Positions 18,561-27,938 of a DNA stretch of 64,000 nt are shown here, piece after piece (the stretch's first letter is position 1; each line of letters opens with the position of its first letter). Source of the stretch: Victivallaceae bacterium (GTDB taxonomy: Bacteria; Verrucomicrobiota; Lentisphaeria; Victivallales; Victivallaceae); NCBI GenBank assembly GCA_045532825.1, contig JAZSGR010000087.1, positions 206 to 64,205 of the forward strand. Direction: 5' to 3'. A program made the position numbers and the translations under genes. The notes beneath the pieces are model-generated. The model did no database searches and was not told where the DNA came from. It saw only the letters and a program-made list of their open reading frames with translations.

Positions 18561-19247
18561 CTACTCCGTAAGAGTTGCCAGAACGGAGCTGCCTCCGCTT
18601 ACTTTATCACCGACTTTGACGTTGATCTCCGCCCTGCCGACCGGCAGGTAAAGTTCAGTTCTGGAACCGAATTTGATCATTCCGTAAAGTTCGCCTTTTT
18701 TCAGTTTGCGGCCGGGTTTCACCGGACACACGATCCTGCGGGCGATGGCTCCGGAGATCTGACGGACGGCGACCGGGAACGGTTCACCACCGGTAACTGC
18801 CGTTCCGGAAATGGTCATGGCTTCATTGCGCTGGATCGCCGCCTCATCGCGGGCATCGAGGAATTCACCTTCGCGGTAACTCACATTTTCCACGGTGAAC
18901 TCCATGGGGGCGCGGTTGACATGCACACTCAGCACCGAAAGAAAAATACCTATACGGACCGCAGGTCCTTTGAAAGGAGGCAGGTCGAAATCTTCAACTT
19001 CGACGATATCTTTGATGGTTCCGTCTGCAGGACTTATGATCAAACTGGGATTTGCCGGTATCCGGCGGCGGGGATTGCGGAAAAACGCCGCAAACGCCAG
19101 AAACAGGATAAAAGCAGCGGAAGCGATGATCATACCGGTGCGGAGATATCCTTTTTCAAACGCCAGATAGTAAGAACCGGCAGCCACTGCCAGCATCACG
19201 ATAAAAGCACTGCCCCATTCGCGCAGCCCGTAACGAGTCAAAGTCAT
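18561..19247 (-). CDS. psd: Phosphatidylserine decarboxylase (short type)
   Basis: 228 aa with an N-terminal TM region. It has the FGSRTELYLP self-cleavage-type motif and is adjacent to pssA. Confidence 0.85.
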   Translation of the reverse strand: MTLTRYGLREWGSAFIVMLAVAAGSYYLAFEKGYLRTGMIIASAAFILFLAFAAFFRNPRRRIPANPSLIISPADGTIKDIVEVEDFDLPPFKGPAVRIGIFLSVLSVHVNRAPMEFTVENVSYREGEFLDARDEAAIQRNEAMTISGTAVTGGEPFPVAVRQISGAIARRIVCPVKPGRKLKKGELYGMIKFGSRTELYLPVGRAEINVKVGDKVSGGSSVLATLTE

Positions 19248-19358
19248 GATATAAAAACCTTATTTTATTGTCTGTTGCAGAATGTACTTATGTAAATATA
19301 ACCCCATAATGCCGTTAATACAAGAAAATGCGTCACAAATAAGAAAAAAATCCTTATT

Positions 19359-20258
19359 TTATGAACCGCTGCCGGCGATGTAAAGGATGATTGAAAGCAT
19401 CATAAGCAGAGCCATGATACCGCGGCGGATCCACACGGTGCGGCTCTCTTTCGACTCAAGATGACTGAATCCGAGACGGGCAAGGAGGACTCCGAGCAGA
19501 ACGGAAATAACTCCGCGTCCGGACTGGATGATGCTTGCATAAACCACTCCGGTCTTACCGATGGCTCCGAGCAGAAAGACGATCGAGGAAAACCACACGA
19601 TACTGTAAGGCAGCGCATCTTTGCAGAGCGAAAGCCTGCACGGAGTGAAAAACAGTGCGGGAAGCGTTATCAATCCGAGTATCAGATAGCACACAGCTGT
19701 TGCGCCGAGAGAGTTTATGAACATGCTGTTGCTCTCCGGCATGAGGAACAGCACCTGCGCACAGCAGATGTCGCCGACAGCGAACATGCACACCGTGACC
19801 GACATGTATATGATGCTCTTCACCGGAAGTCCGCCGCCGGAAAAATTCATTCCGAATGCGGAAACTGCACAAAGTGCCACCGAGATCCAGCGCACAGCAC
19901 CGAGATCCCTGCCGTAAAAGGATACAGCAAGAAAAGCAAGCACGATGATCTTTGCTCCCAGCAGTGACGACAGTCTTGATGCCTCTACCAGTTTTATGGC
20001 GGCAAGAAAACACCCCTGTGCAACGATATAAGAAGATGCCCACAGTACGGCATACACCGCAAACATCCAGTTATCCGGACACCTGGCAAACGGCAGCACA
20101 GCACCGAGCAGAACTGCTCCGATGATCCCCATCAGCACCTGGGAATACACACTCAAATAGCGTGAGTGTTCATATTTTGAGATATACATCCGCGACAGGA
20201 TGTAACTGCATGACTGCAGAAAAGCAGCGGCAAGTCCGAGAAAAATACCGGCGATCAT
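19359..20258 (-). CDS. Polytopic membrane protein, DMT/EamA-like permease candidate
   Basis: 299 aa with about 10 hydrophobic segments arranged as two similar halves. I recognised no specific motif. Confidence 0.45.
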   Translation of the reverse strand: MIAGIFLGLAAAFLQSCSYILSRMYISKYEHSRYLSVYSQVLMGIIGAVLLGAVLPFARCPDNWMFAVYAVLWASSYIVAQGCFLAAIKLVEASRLSSLLGAKIIVLAFLAVSFYGRDLGAVRWISVALCAVSAFGMNFSGGGLPVKSIIYMSVTVCMFAVGDICCAQVLFLMPESNSMFINSLGATAVCYLILGLITLPALFFTPCRLSLCKDALPYSIVWFSSIVFLLGAIGKTGVVYASIIQSGRGVISVLLGVLLARLGFSHLESKESRTVWIRRGIMALLMMLSIILYIAGSGS

Positions 20259-20280
20259 CGTTCAGTTCCTGTATCTTCCC

Positions 20281-23016
20281 TTACCTTGCCAAAGCCTTGC
20301 CGTAATACTGCAGGACCGTTTTCCAGAATACATCCGGAGCACTTTTTGCCATGGCAGGCGTAAGCGTACGGTTGAGCAGATTATAGTAAAACACCACATG
20401 CGGTATCCGGCAGTTTTTCAGCAGATAGTTTTCCAGCTGTCTGCGGGCAGCGGCTGTTTCCGGACGGTATTCAAACTTTTCACCCGAAGTCGTCCGGCAG
20501 ATCACTGCGCCGTCAGCTTTTATACCGTCGATCCGAACCAGCACATTTCTGCCGTCACGGCGGACCATGATAAGCACACTGCTGCGGAATTTTTCTCCGG
20601 CTTCGACAAAACGGCGGTAGGAAGATGCGGCACGGCGGGCATTCTTTTTCAGGATATTGAAAACTCCGATTGCCGCCCGTTCTTCACGGGTATCACACAC
20701 CGTGGGTACCAGATAGTCTTCCGCCGCCTGAAGAGCAGCATCAAGAGCTGCGGTGTCTCCGCTCTCTCCGGCAGAGATCACGGCTTTCACCACCGGAACG
20801 GAAAGCGCAGTAAAATCAGCCTGAAGCTTGTTGAGACGGATCTTTATCTCCGCTTCGCGTTTTTTCTGTTCCCGGAGCATCTCTTCATTCTGCTCGGCAA
20901 ACTGCTGCTGACGCTGTGCTTCAGCCTCCTGTCTGCGGATTTTTTCCTGCTGTTCTTTCTCAACAGCGGCACGGCGGGCTTCAACTGCAGCGTCATGTCT
21001 GCGGTGAGCCTCCCTGCGGGCGGAACTGAAACGCAGATTTTCATCCGCAGTGGAATACATTTCCCAGGTCCGGGTCAGAACTTCAAGCTCTTCGGGAGTG
21101 ACCGGTTTTGATATAGAATAAAGTATCTTATCCGCCTTTTCCAGCCATGCTCCGCGCTTTGCGGGAGCTGTATTGCGGTACTCTGAACGCAGAGACTCCA
21201 GAGTATCGACATATTCTTTTCTGGTCTGCGGTTTTGCCGGTTCCGCAGGTTTCGCAGGTTCACTCTTTTTCTCCTGAGCGGCAGCGGGAGTTTCCGCCTT
21301 TTTATGTCCGAGTTTTGCCAGCAGTTTTTCGCCCCACGGCTTCAGCTTTGCCGGAAGTTTATCCGCTCTGGCGGCAAAGTAAAATCCGGCACCGCCACCG
21401 CCTGAAATGAGCAGCAGGATCAGCAGAAGCAATACCGCTTTGAGTATTCCGCCTGATTTCCGGCCGGCATTACGGTCAAACCGCTTTTTTTCAGTCTTTC
21501 CTTTTTTCTCTCCGTCATCAGCCTCTTTACCCTCCGCTTCCGGCTGGACTTTTTTGGCACGGCGCGGAGTTTCCGGAGCAAGGGTTATTTCATCCCCGTC
21601 TTTCTTTTCCGGAGTTTTAACACTTTCCTCCTGCGGAGCAGCAGCATTTGCCGGAGCTGCTTCTGCTGCCGGAGCTTCAACTTTTTCCGCAGCAGCCGGA
21701 ACATTCTCTGCAGGATTTTCCTTTTCAGGTTCAACAGCAGGTTTCGCAGCTTCAGCAGCAGGAACTGCCGGCTGCTCCTGCGGTTTTTCCTGAACTGCAG
21801 GTTTGGCGGCAGGCGGTTTTGCACCGGGGACAGCAGGTTTGCCGATAAGCGGTTTGGCTCCCGGCACAGCGGGTTTTGCCCCGGTTACGGCGGGCTTGCC
21901 GATAAGCGGCTTGGCTCCCGGAACGGCGGGTTTTGCCCCGGGCACGGCAGGTTTGCCGATAAGCGGTCGGACTCCCGGCACAGCGGGTTTCGCCCCCGGA
22001 GCGGCAAGCGGTTTCTTCAATGCTCCTCCGAGTCCCGGTCTCTGAAGTGCCGGTTTTCCGGCAGAAGCTTTTGAGGGATCGGCAAGGAAATCATCAAGAT
22101 CGCTGATAAGTTCAGAGGGCAGCTGGTAACGCTGGTCTATATTCCGCGCCATCATCTTCATGATGATATTGTTGAGTTTCTCCGGCAGGTCCGGATTCAC
22201 CTCGACCGGCGGAGTGAGATTGCCCTCGACGTGCATTTTTGACATCTCTTCGGCAGAATCTGCCACGTACGGGAAGCGTCCGGTGACGAACTGATAAAAA
22301 GTAGCTCCGAGGCTGTATATATCACTGCGGACATCAGTCGGTACTCCGGTAAGCTGTTCAGGACTGATATACTGCGGAGTACCCAGGACCTCATCGGCAT
22401 CATTGTTTTCGTTCTCGTTGTTTGATGCACTGCGCGCAAGTCCGAGGTCGGCAAGTTTGGCAAAGCCGTTGGCATCGAGCATGATGTTATCAGGTTTTAT
22501 ATCCTGATGCACAAGTTTCTGATCCCGCCATGCCACGTCAAGCGCGCTTGCCACTTCGCGGATGACTTTCGCCGCTTTGGTGAAATCAAGAACGTTTTCC
22601 CGCTTTAATATCTGTTTGAACGTCTCACCGCGGATAAGCTCCATGGCAAAGTAATACACCCCGTTCTCCTCACCCACGGCGTAAGCCTGGACGATATTGG
22701 GATGAGTGATCTTTGCGGCGGCGCGCGCCTCCCTGAAAAGTCCGTCAATGTACTCTTTGTCACCGTTGAATTTATCCCGCAGCACCTTGAGAGCGACCGG
22801 ACGGTCAAGGGAAAGCTGTCTGGCAATGAAAACCTCTCCCATACCGCCGCTGCTCAACGGTTTTTCGACGAGGAAATCACCGATCACCACCCCCGGAGCA
22901 ACGCTTTTTTCCGGAACAGTGATCTCCGCTCCGCAGACCGGACACGGAACTGTTCCGGAACCCGGCTGAACATCCGCCGGAAACGGTTCTTTGCATTTGT
23001 CACAATAAAGTTTCAT
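20281..23016 (-). CDS. Ser/Thr protein kinase with N-terminal zinc ribbon, Pro/Ala/Lys repeat linker, one TM segment and a coiled-coil-rich C-terminal domain
   Basis: 911 aa. CDKC...CPVC at the N-terminus forms the zinc ribbon. Hanks kinase motifs are LSSGGMGEVF, VALKVL, HQDIKPDNIML, DLGLAR and GTPQYISPEQ. The repeat reads KPLIGKPAVPGAKPAVPGA and the TM segment is ILKAVLLLLILLLISGGGGAGFYF. Confidence 0.92.
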   Translation of the reverse strand: MKLYCDKCKEPFPADVQPGSGTVPCPVCGAEITVPEKSVAPGVVIGDFLVEKPLSSGGMGEVFIARQLSLDRPVALKVLRDKFNGDKEYIDGLFREARAAAKITHPNIVQAYAVGEENGVYYFAMELIRGETFKQILKRENVLDFTKAAKVIREVASALDVAWRDQKLVHQDIKPDNIMLDANGFAKLADLGLARSASNNENENNDADEVLGTPQYISPEQLTGVPTDVRSDIYSLGATFYQFVTGRFPYVADSAEEMSKMHVEGNLTPPVEVNPDLPEKLNNIIMKMMARNIDQRYQLPSELISDLDDFLADPSKASAGKPALQRPGLGGALKKPLAAPGAKPAVPGVRPLIGKPAVPGAKPAVPGAKPLIGKPAVTGAKPAVPGAKPLIGKPAVPGAKPPAAKPAVQEKPQEQPAVPAAEAAKPAVEPEKENPAENVPAAAEKVEAPAAEAAPANAAAPQEESVKTPEKKDGDEITLAPETPRRAKKVQPEAEGKEADDGEKKGKTEKKRFDRNAGRKSGGILKAVLLLLILLLISGGGGAGFYFAARADKLPAKLKPWGEKLLAKLGHKKAETPAAAQEKKSEPAKPAEPAKPQTRKEYVDTLESLRSEYRNTAPAKRGAWLEKADKILYSISKPVTPEELEVLTRTWEMYSTADENLRFSSARREAHRRHDAAVEARRAAVEKEQQEKIRRQEAEAQRQQQFAEQNEEMLREQKKREAEIKIRLNKLQADFTALSVPVVKAVISAGESGDTAALDAALQAAEDYLVPTVCDTREERAAIGVFNILKKNARRAASSYRRFVEAGEKFRSSVLIMVRRDGRNVLVRIDGIKADGAVICRTTSGEKFEYRPETAAARRQLENYLLKNCRIPHVVFYYNLLNRTLTPAMAKSAPDVFWKTVLQYYGKALAR
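21836..22006. repeat. 3 x 57-bp tandem repeat inside the kinase gene
   Basis: The units are 21836-21892, 21893-21949 and 21950-22006, each starting GG(T/C)TTGCCGATAAGCGG. Each encodes a 19-aa K/RPLIGKPAV(P/T)GAKPAVPGA unit on the minus strand. Confidence 0.9.
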
Positions 23017-23118
23017 CTGTATCCATCCTGTTTAATGAGGCGATCTCAAAATATTCAAAAAGCAGGGAAACGCATCTGCATCTTTATTTTTGAACGACTC
23101 CTGAAATCACCTCCACTG

Positions 23119-24060
23119 TCAGAAAAAATACCTTATTATCGCATTTTTCCTCAACCGTTTTGTATATTCGACTCTGCTGCTGTGCCGCTGCTCAGCCTCA
23201 AGCTGTCTGCGGATCTCCGGAATACTTTCGCGGTAGGAGACCTGCGCAGGCGGGACATACTGCAGAACTTTCAGAAAAACGACACCATCCGGAGTTTCCA
23301 GCGGACCGTATATTTTATCCTTTTCAGGAGTCACCAGTGCTTTGGCAAACTCCGGACGCAGCAGACGGCATTCGATCCTGCCGAGTCTGCCGCCCTCCTC
23401 ACTGCCCGGACCGGATGACCACTTGCGTGCAAGTTCAGCAAAGCGTGCCGGATCTTTTTTCAACTCTTTTGCAATCATCCCCGCCCTGCTCTTACCGGCA
23501 GCATCCAGCAGGATCATGGCAAGTTCAACACTGCCGGAACCCTGCTTTTTCACAATTTTTTCCTTGTAAAAACTGTACATTTTTTCCGGAGTCACAGAAC
23601 GCACCGCCATGTATTCACGGTGCAGCATCAACTGTACGATCATCGTTTCGCGGACATGTTTCCTCACTTCATCAATACTGCTGCCCTGACGGCGCAGACT
23701 CTGTTCAAATCCGGCACGCGAACGGATGCCCATGCGTTCAGCGATCTCATCGACTGCATTTTCGATATCGCGTTCGGGAATTTTGAAACTCTGTCCGGCA
23801 TAATCTTCAATGATGAGTTTACGGTCGATGAGATCATCCACCGCTTTCCGCCGTATGTCAAGTATCTGCTTTTCCAGTTCAGCTCCGGAACTGCTGTTGC
23901 GGGCGCGGAACTCTTTATCGCGGGTGACGGCAAGAACATCCTGCAAACTCACCGGCACACCGTTGACCGATGCCAGAATGGAGTTCAATTCTCCGCGTTT
24001 TTCAGCACCGCTGCAGAAAACCGCTGCCGCAAGTGCAAGTATCATAATCAATTTTTTCAT
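23119..24060 (-). CDS. SurA/PrsA-like periplasmic chaperone with PpiC-type (parvulin) peptidyl-prolyl isomerase domain
   Basis: 313 aa. The signal peptide is MKKLIMILALAAAVFCSGA. A SurA-N-like region (ASVNGVPVSLQDV) is followed by a parvulin-like segment (GGRLGRIECRLLRPEFAKAL...GPLETPDGVVFLKV). Confidence 0.7.
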   Translation of the reverse strand: MKKLIMILALAAAVFCSGAEKRGELNSILASVNGVPVSLQDVLAVTRDKEFRARNSSSGAELEKQILDIRRKAVDDLIDRKLIIEDYAGQSFKIPERDIENAVDEIAERMGIRSRAGFEQSLRRQGSSIDEVRKHVRETMIVQLMLHREYMAVRSVTPEKMYSFYKEKIVKKQGSGSVELAMILLDAAGKSRAGMIAKELKKDPARFAELARKWSSGPGSEEGGRLGRIECRLLRPEFAKALVTPEKDKIYGPLETPDGVVFLKVLQYVPPAQVSYRESIPEIRRQLEAEQRHSSRVEYTKRLRKNAIIRYFF

Positions 24061-24123
24061 CTGCCGTATCCATATGATAGATATGTTCCGGGGTTAATAT
24101 AAGCTGTCATCATGTTAAATGCA

Positions 24124-24161
24124 AATACAGAGGTACGACCGGGATGTTGTATCTCTGTATT
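24124..24161 (-). terminator. Hairpin terminator candidate after the MarC-like gene
   Basis: AATACAGAG (24124-24132) pairs with CTCTGTATT (24153-24161). On the minus strand it is followed by TGCATTT, so the U-tract is weak. Confidence 0.35.
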
Positions 24162-24206
24162 TTAATGTCGATCCGGCAGATATCCAGTGGGAACGGAAGA
24201 GCTTTG

Positions 24207-24803
24207 CTATATTCTTTTTATGATGAAAATATCGATCACAGCGGGAAGCAGATAATACATTCCCAGCAGAAACGACCAAAGTGATACAGATATTTGCATC
24301 GCAAGTTCCGGTACTTTACAACGGGTATGAGCTGTACAGTCAAGAGTGATCTGCATCACCAGAAAATTAAACAGCAATGCTGCAGTCAGGTTCACCAAAA
24401 CGCAAACAAGCGGCCGTTGACCGGCACTGAGCATCAGTACACCCAATACTCCCGGTCCGCATATAAAGGGAAAAGCGACAGGTACAACCGGATACAAAAA
24501 ACGGCAGTTTCCGAAAGATCCGCACAACCTGAAATCCGGTTTCAAACAGGAACATAACAGAAAAGCACTCCCCGTAAAAATTTTCATCCATCCGATCGGA
24601 AACGTTTTTTCATCAGAAACCCAATTGCGGAAACAAAAAACGGCGATCAAACATATAAACCATGCCCATAATGATCCGTTGACACACAACATTTTCACAG
24701 TGTTCCTGCCGGAAAAGCGGCACAACACTGAGACAAGCAAAGCCTTTCCGAGCGGATTGACCGCTATTGTCAATGTGATAAAATCACTGAGAACGTCATT
24801 CAT
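24207..24803 (-). CDS. MarC-family (UPF0056) integral membrane protein candidate
   Basis: The start is set at the ATG at 24803 (MNDVLSDFITLTIAVNPLGKALL), which overlaps the upstream stop as ATGAATGA. NPLG near the N-terminus and FICGPGVLGVLML resemble MarC motifs. The protein is unusually Cys-rich. Confidence 0.5.
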   Translation of the reverse strand: MNDVLSDFITLTIAVNPLGKALLVSVLCRFSGRNTVKMLCVNGSLWAWFICLIAVFCFRNWVSDEKTFPIGWMKIFTGSAFLLCSCLKPDFRLCGSFGNCRFLYPVVPVAFPFICGPGVLGVLMLSAGQRPLVCVLVNLTAALLFNFLVMQITLDCTAHTRCKVPELAMQISVSLWSFLLGMYYLLPAVIDIFIIKRI

Positions 24804-26769
24804 TTGCAAAAATTTCCTCAGGCTTGAAAACTGCTGCTCCAAAATTTTCAGAATGTTTTTTCACAATTCTTCTTCCGGATCTGTAAACATAGAAAAATCC
24901 ATTACCGGAATCTTCCGTACCAAAAATAATCTCGTGACAAAACTCCGGTTTCTGCCGTTTTATCAGCCAATCAGCCTTTGCCCGGTCAACGCTCTCCAAC
25001 CGGCAGAGGCGGAATTTTTTATTCGCGGTAAAATAAAAACATTCACCATTGCGCGGAATATCGTTACTTCTGGATCGCGTACTTATGAGCGGCAGGATCT
25101 GATCGCCAAGTTTCAGCATCGGAAATGGCTTTTCCAGAAAAACGATACCGGATTTTTCAACATCCGGTCGGATCTCCGAATGGATAGCCACGACCCATTC
25201 GAGATATCTCTGCTGCAAGTCAGTATTATTGAACCGGTCGTGCGCGGTATCCGGATCCAAAAGATCACGCCCCAACAGAAAATGATAATTGTGTTTGACT
25301 TTCAATGCGTGCAGAATTGTCGGAGCTATATCATAAGTTCTTCCCGGTACCGCAATTTTTTCTGCGGGATATTCCGGGGCATTTATCAGAAACAGCATCT
25401 TACGCTCTGTTTTCTGCAATTTACGGAGAATTATCCGGGGAGTATAATGATGCGAAAGATGATCGCCCTGTATAACAATAACAGTGTTGGCGCCGGCCGG
25501 GGACTCACGGATCTTTCTTACCAATTTTCCCAAAGCCGTATCCATGTTGTAAAATGCGTGGAGCAGATGCGGTGTTTCACGTTCATTCCATTTGTAAAAC
25601 TTTTTATCAGCATCGCATGCTCCATCCGGAGCATGTGTGTCAACCGTCAATACAGTAAGAGAAAACGGTTGCCGGTTTTCTGACAGTTTCCTGAACTGTT
25701 CCCATGCCTTTTCAAAAACGACAGCATCCCGGAGAGCATTTTCATATTTCAAATTGTGCGCCTGTCTGCTCTGCACATTATTGAGCATCACAACATTATA
25801 GTGTTCTCTCTCAAAGAAGGCATTAAAATGGTCGTAAGAAGTATTATGCCCATAAAGGAAATACTGTTTATAACCGGCTTTATGCAGTATTTCAGGCATA
25901 GTCCCCAGCCGTTTACCTGCCAGAAGATCAAATCCTTTTTTCATATGGAGCGGTGTGAGATTTATTCCGGTCAGAGAGGCAAAAATGCCGCCGAAAGTCA
26001 AAGTGGCGTTCGGGGCCATCCTGATATCAGTAAAAAGAATCGACTCCCCGCTGATTTTCTGCAGAGAGGGAAGCAAGCCGGGGAACTCCCTGTTATCCAG
26101 GAAATTTTTTTCCGCACTTTCCAGGATAATGTGTACGAGATTGCAGCCGGGAACAGCTTCGATCATATCCCGGTTTTCAAATATACCTGTCAATCCATGT
26201 TTCTGTATCACGTCAGGAGCATAAACGATCACCATTCTATCAAATACACGTTCAAGAAGCTCCCGGTGGGTCAGAAACGGCAGACAAAATACACAGGAGA
26301 CGGCTGCCACCAAAAGCACAACACCATTCCACAACGGTTTGAAACGATATCCGGGAATTGTGTTCCCGGCCGTCAATGGCAGCAGTATCATAAATATCAA
26401 CAGAGCAGCAAATACGGCAGCAGCAGGCAATTTATGATATACGAACAGATTTTTCAAACTGCCGACAGAAAGCAACTGGAAAAATTCTATGGTGAATGAC
26501 TTGTTCAGCATAATATCGAATACGATCAGAGCGACCAACAGCAGACAGACTGAAAAATTGAAAAGGCTCAATATCAGAATATTCCACCAACGCCCACCAT
26601 ATAAACGGAAAGCTGTCCAGTTTACACCCCAAAATGCAGCCATGCTTATGGATGCATACACCCAGGGTGTCATAAATGTAGAATAAAAGAAGTAATAAAT
26701 CGTTGATCCAAACAATAAATATCCAAGCAAAATCAAACACGGCAAATCATTTTTTTTCGTAAAATCCAT
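24796..26769 (-). CDS. LTA-synthase/phosphoglycerol-transferase-like membrane sulfatase-fold enzyme
   Basis: About 5 N-terminal TM segments followed by an alkaline-phosphatase-superfamily domain (VHIILESAEKNF, TFGGIFASLTG, LTVDTHAPDG, VIVIQGDHLSH). The start was chosen at the ATG at 26769 (MDFTKKNDLP) with GAAAGG upstream. The TTG at 26832 and the ATG at 26796 are alternatives. Confidence 0.75.
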   Translation of the reverse strand: MDFTKKNDLPCLILLGYLLFGSTIYYFFYSTFMTPWVYASISMAAFWGVNWTAFRLYGGRWWNILILSLFNFSVCLLLVALIVFDIMLNKSFTIEFFQLLSVGSLKNLFVYHKLPAAAVFAALLIFMILLPLTAGNTIPGYRFKPLWNGVVLLVAAVSCVFCLPFLTHRELLERVFDRMVIVYAPDVIQKHGLTGIFENRDMIEAVPGCNLVHIILESAEKNFLDNREFPGLLPSLQKISGESILFTDIRMAPNATLTFGGIFASLTGINLTPLHMKKGFDLLAGKRLGTMPEILHKAGYKQYFLYGHNTSYDHFNAFFEREHYNVVMLNNVQSRQAHNLKYENALRDAVVFEKAWEQFRKLSENRQPFSLTVLTVDTHAPDGACDADKKFYKWNERETPHLLHAFYNMDTALGKLVRKIRESPAGANTVIVIQGDHLSHHYTPRIILRKLQKTERKMLFLINAPEYPAEKIAVPGRTYDIAPTILHALKVKHNYHFLLGRDLLDPDTAHDRFNNTDLQQRYLEWVVAIHSEIRPDVEKSGIVFLEKPFPMLKLGDQILPLISTRSRSNDIPRNGECFYFTANKKFRLCRLESVDRAKADWLIKRQKPEFCHEIIFGTEDSGNGFFYVYRSGRRIVKKHSENFGAAVFKPEEIFANE

Positions 26770-26947
26770 AAAGCGGCCTTTCTGCACCACGATCATGCAT
26801 ATTTTGAACTTTTTGGTGTTCTCCGGAACCAAAAAAGCCGTATGGAGTTTATAAAATTTGTATAAATGCCTGCAGACGATTCTTCCCGGAATTTCCCTAA
26901 CGATGTTTTTATCTCAGGCAATTACCGCTGAAACAAAAAACGGACGC

Positions 26948-27106
26948 TTCAGCGTACCATGCCAGTAGGTCCGACCAAGAACCTGTCTCACGCGCACATC
27001 GAAGCATCCGTTTGTGTATGGATACAATCCATCCGGGTACACTTCACCTATGCGTGAGACAAATACGGCATATTAACTTGGTCGGTTTACTGGCATATTT
27101 GCTGAA
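26948..27106 (+). ncRNA. Candidate structured RNA (rod-like nested hairpin, 6S-RNA-like architecture); identity and strand uncertain
   Basis: Four nested helices. TTCAGC 26948-53 pairs with GCTGAA 27101-06. ATGCCAGTA 26959-67 pairs with TACTGGCAT 27088-96. CCGACCAAG 26971-79 pairs with CTTGGTCGG 27077-85. TGTCTCACGC 26984-93 pairs with GCGTGAGACA 27052-61. That gives 34 Watson-Crick bp. The core holds an ATGGAT/ATCCAT hairpin (27018-27032) and unpaired stretches on both sides. The GG (26968-69) opposite TT (27086-87) can form G-U pairs only on the plus strand. The element lies in a ~600-nt non-coding gap. Confidence 0.4.
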
Positions 27107-27443
27107 ATTCGAGGTAATCTCAAAACTCCTTCAAAAAAATAAAAACAGATGCACTTTCATATTTTTTGAAGAGTCTTAAAACTGCCTCGTACACTATTTG
27201 ATTGTCAATGAGCACCGGATGTCGGTGCTTAAAATATATCACACCCCTATCAAAAATACAATAACAAAAAAATATCAAGTCATGATATTTGTACGCACAC
27301 ACAAAAAAATTCCGAATTGCAAAAGCTGGCTATTGCGAATAAAGTTGCTTAAATGTAATTAAAAACTTGATTTTTTGCGGTTTTGAATGTATCTTTGCCA
27401 GTGGATAAAAAAACATGCACCGGAATTGCCGGAAAGGAAACTT

Positions 27444-27932
27444 ATGAAACGCAATTTTTTCAGACGCAGCTGCATAAAGCTGTACTCAAAAATAGTGAAG
27501 GAAAAAGCAGAGCCGGAATACATCGCCCGGGGCTGGGCGATCGGCATGTTCTACGGTTGTCTGATACCATTCGGTTTCCAGCTCATCTGTTCGATCCCCA
27601 CCGCGTTCATCCTCAAAGGCAGCAAGATCGGAGCCACGGTGGGAACTCTCATCACCAATCATTTCACCGTTTTCATCATTTATCCTGCGCAATGCTACGT
27701 CGGCTATCTTCTCATGGGCAGATGCCGCAGCATGGCTGAACTCAAACAGATCATGAACACTGTTATCAGTGAACAGAGCTATGAAACTCTTTTCAGCTTC
27801 GGACTGGAACTGGTCGCGGCATTTTTTATCGGCGGAGCACTGCTCACTGCGATAATGACTCCGATCACCTATTTTCTGGTCAAAAAACTTGCAGTCAATT
27901 ACCGTAACAGAAAAACCAAAAAAGTACAGTAA
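27444..27932 (+). CDS. DUF2062-like small membrane protein
   Basis: The start is set at MKRNFFRR (27444). The EPEYIARGWAIGMFYGCLIPFGFQLICSIPTAFILKGSKIGATVGTLITN pattern resembles DUF2062. Confidence 0.55.
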   Translation: MKRNFFRRSCIKLYSKIVKEKAEPEYIARGWAIGMFYGCLIPFGFQLICSIPTAFILKGSKIGATVGTLITNHFTVFIIYPAQCYVGYLLMGRCRSMAELKQIMNTVISEQSYETLFSFGLELVAAFFIGGALLTAIMTPITYFLVKKLAVNYRNRKTKKVQ

Positions 27933-27938
27933 AATATC

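Noticed and set aside
21585-22045. Possible CRISPR-like or intergenic repeat array
   Set aside because: The repeats are contiguous 57-bp units with no spacers. They lie inside a long ORF and translate into a coherent Pro/Ala/Lys peptide repeat. No cas genes are present.
26948-27232. NiCo (czcD-motif) or other metal riboswitch controlling the downstream DUF2062-CDF transporter genes
   Set aside because: The structure lies about 340 nt upstream of the first plus-strand start codon. It is a long rod rather than the compact four-way junction I remember for the czcD motif, and I could not match any remembered conserved nucleotides. It is kept only as an unassigned structured-RNA candidate, and a cmscan would settle it.
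27120-27302. 60-aa minus-strand ORF in the AT-rich gap (and 27359-27547)
   Set aside because: It has no ribosome-binding site and its composition is driven by AT-rich sequence. The second ORF overlaps the DUF2062-like gene in antisense. These are most likely chance ORFs.
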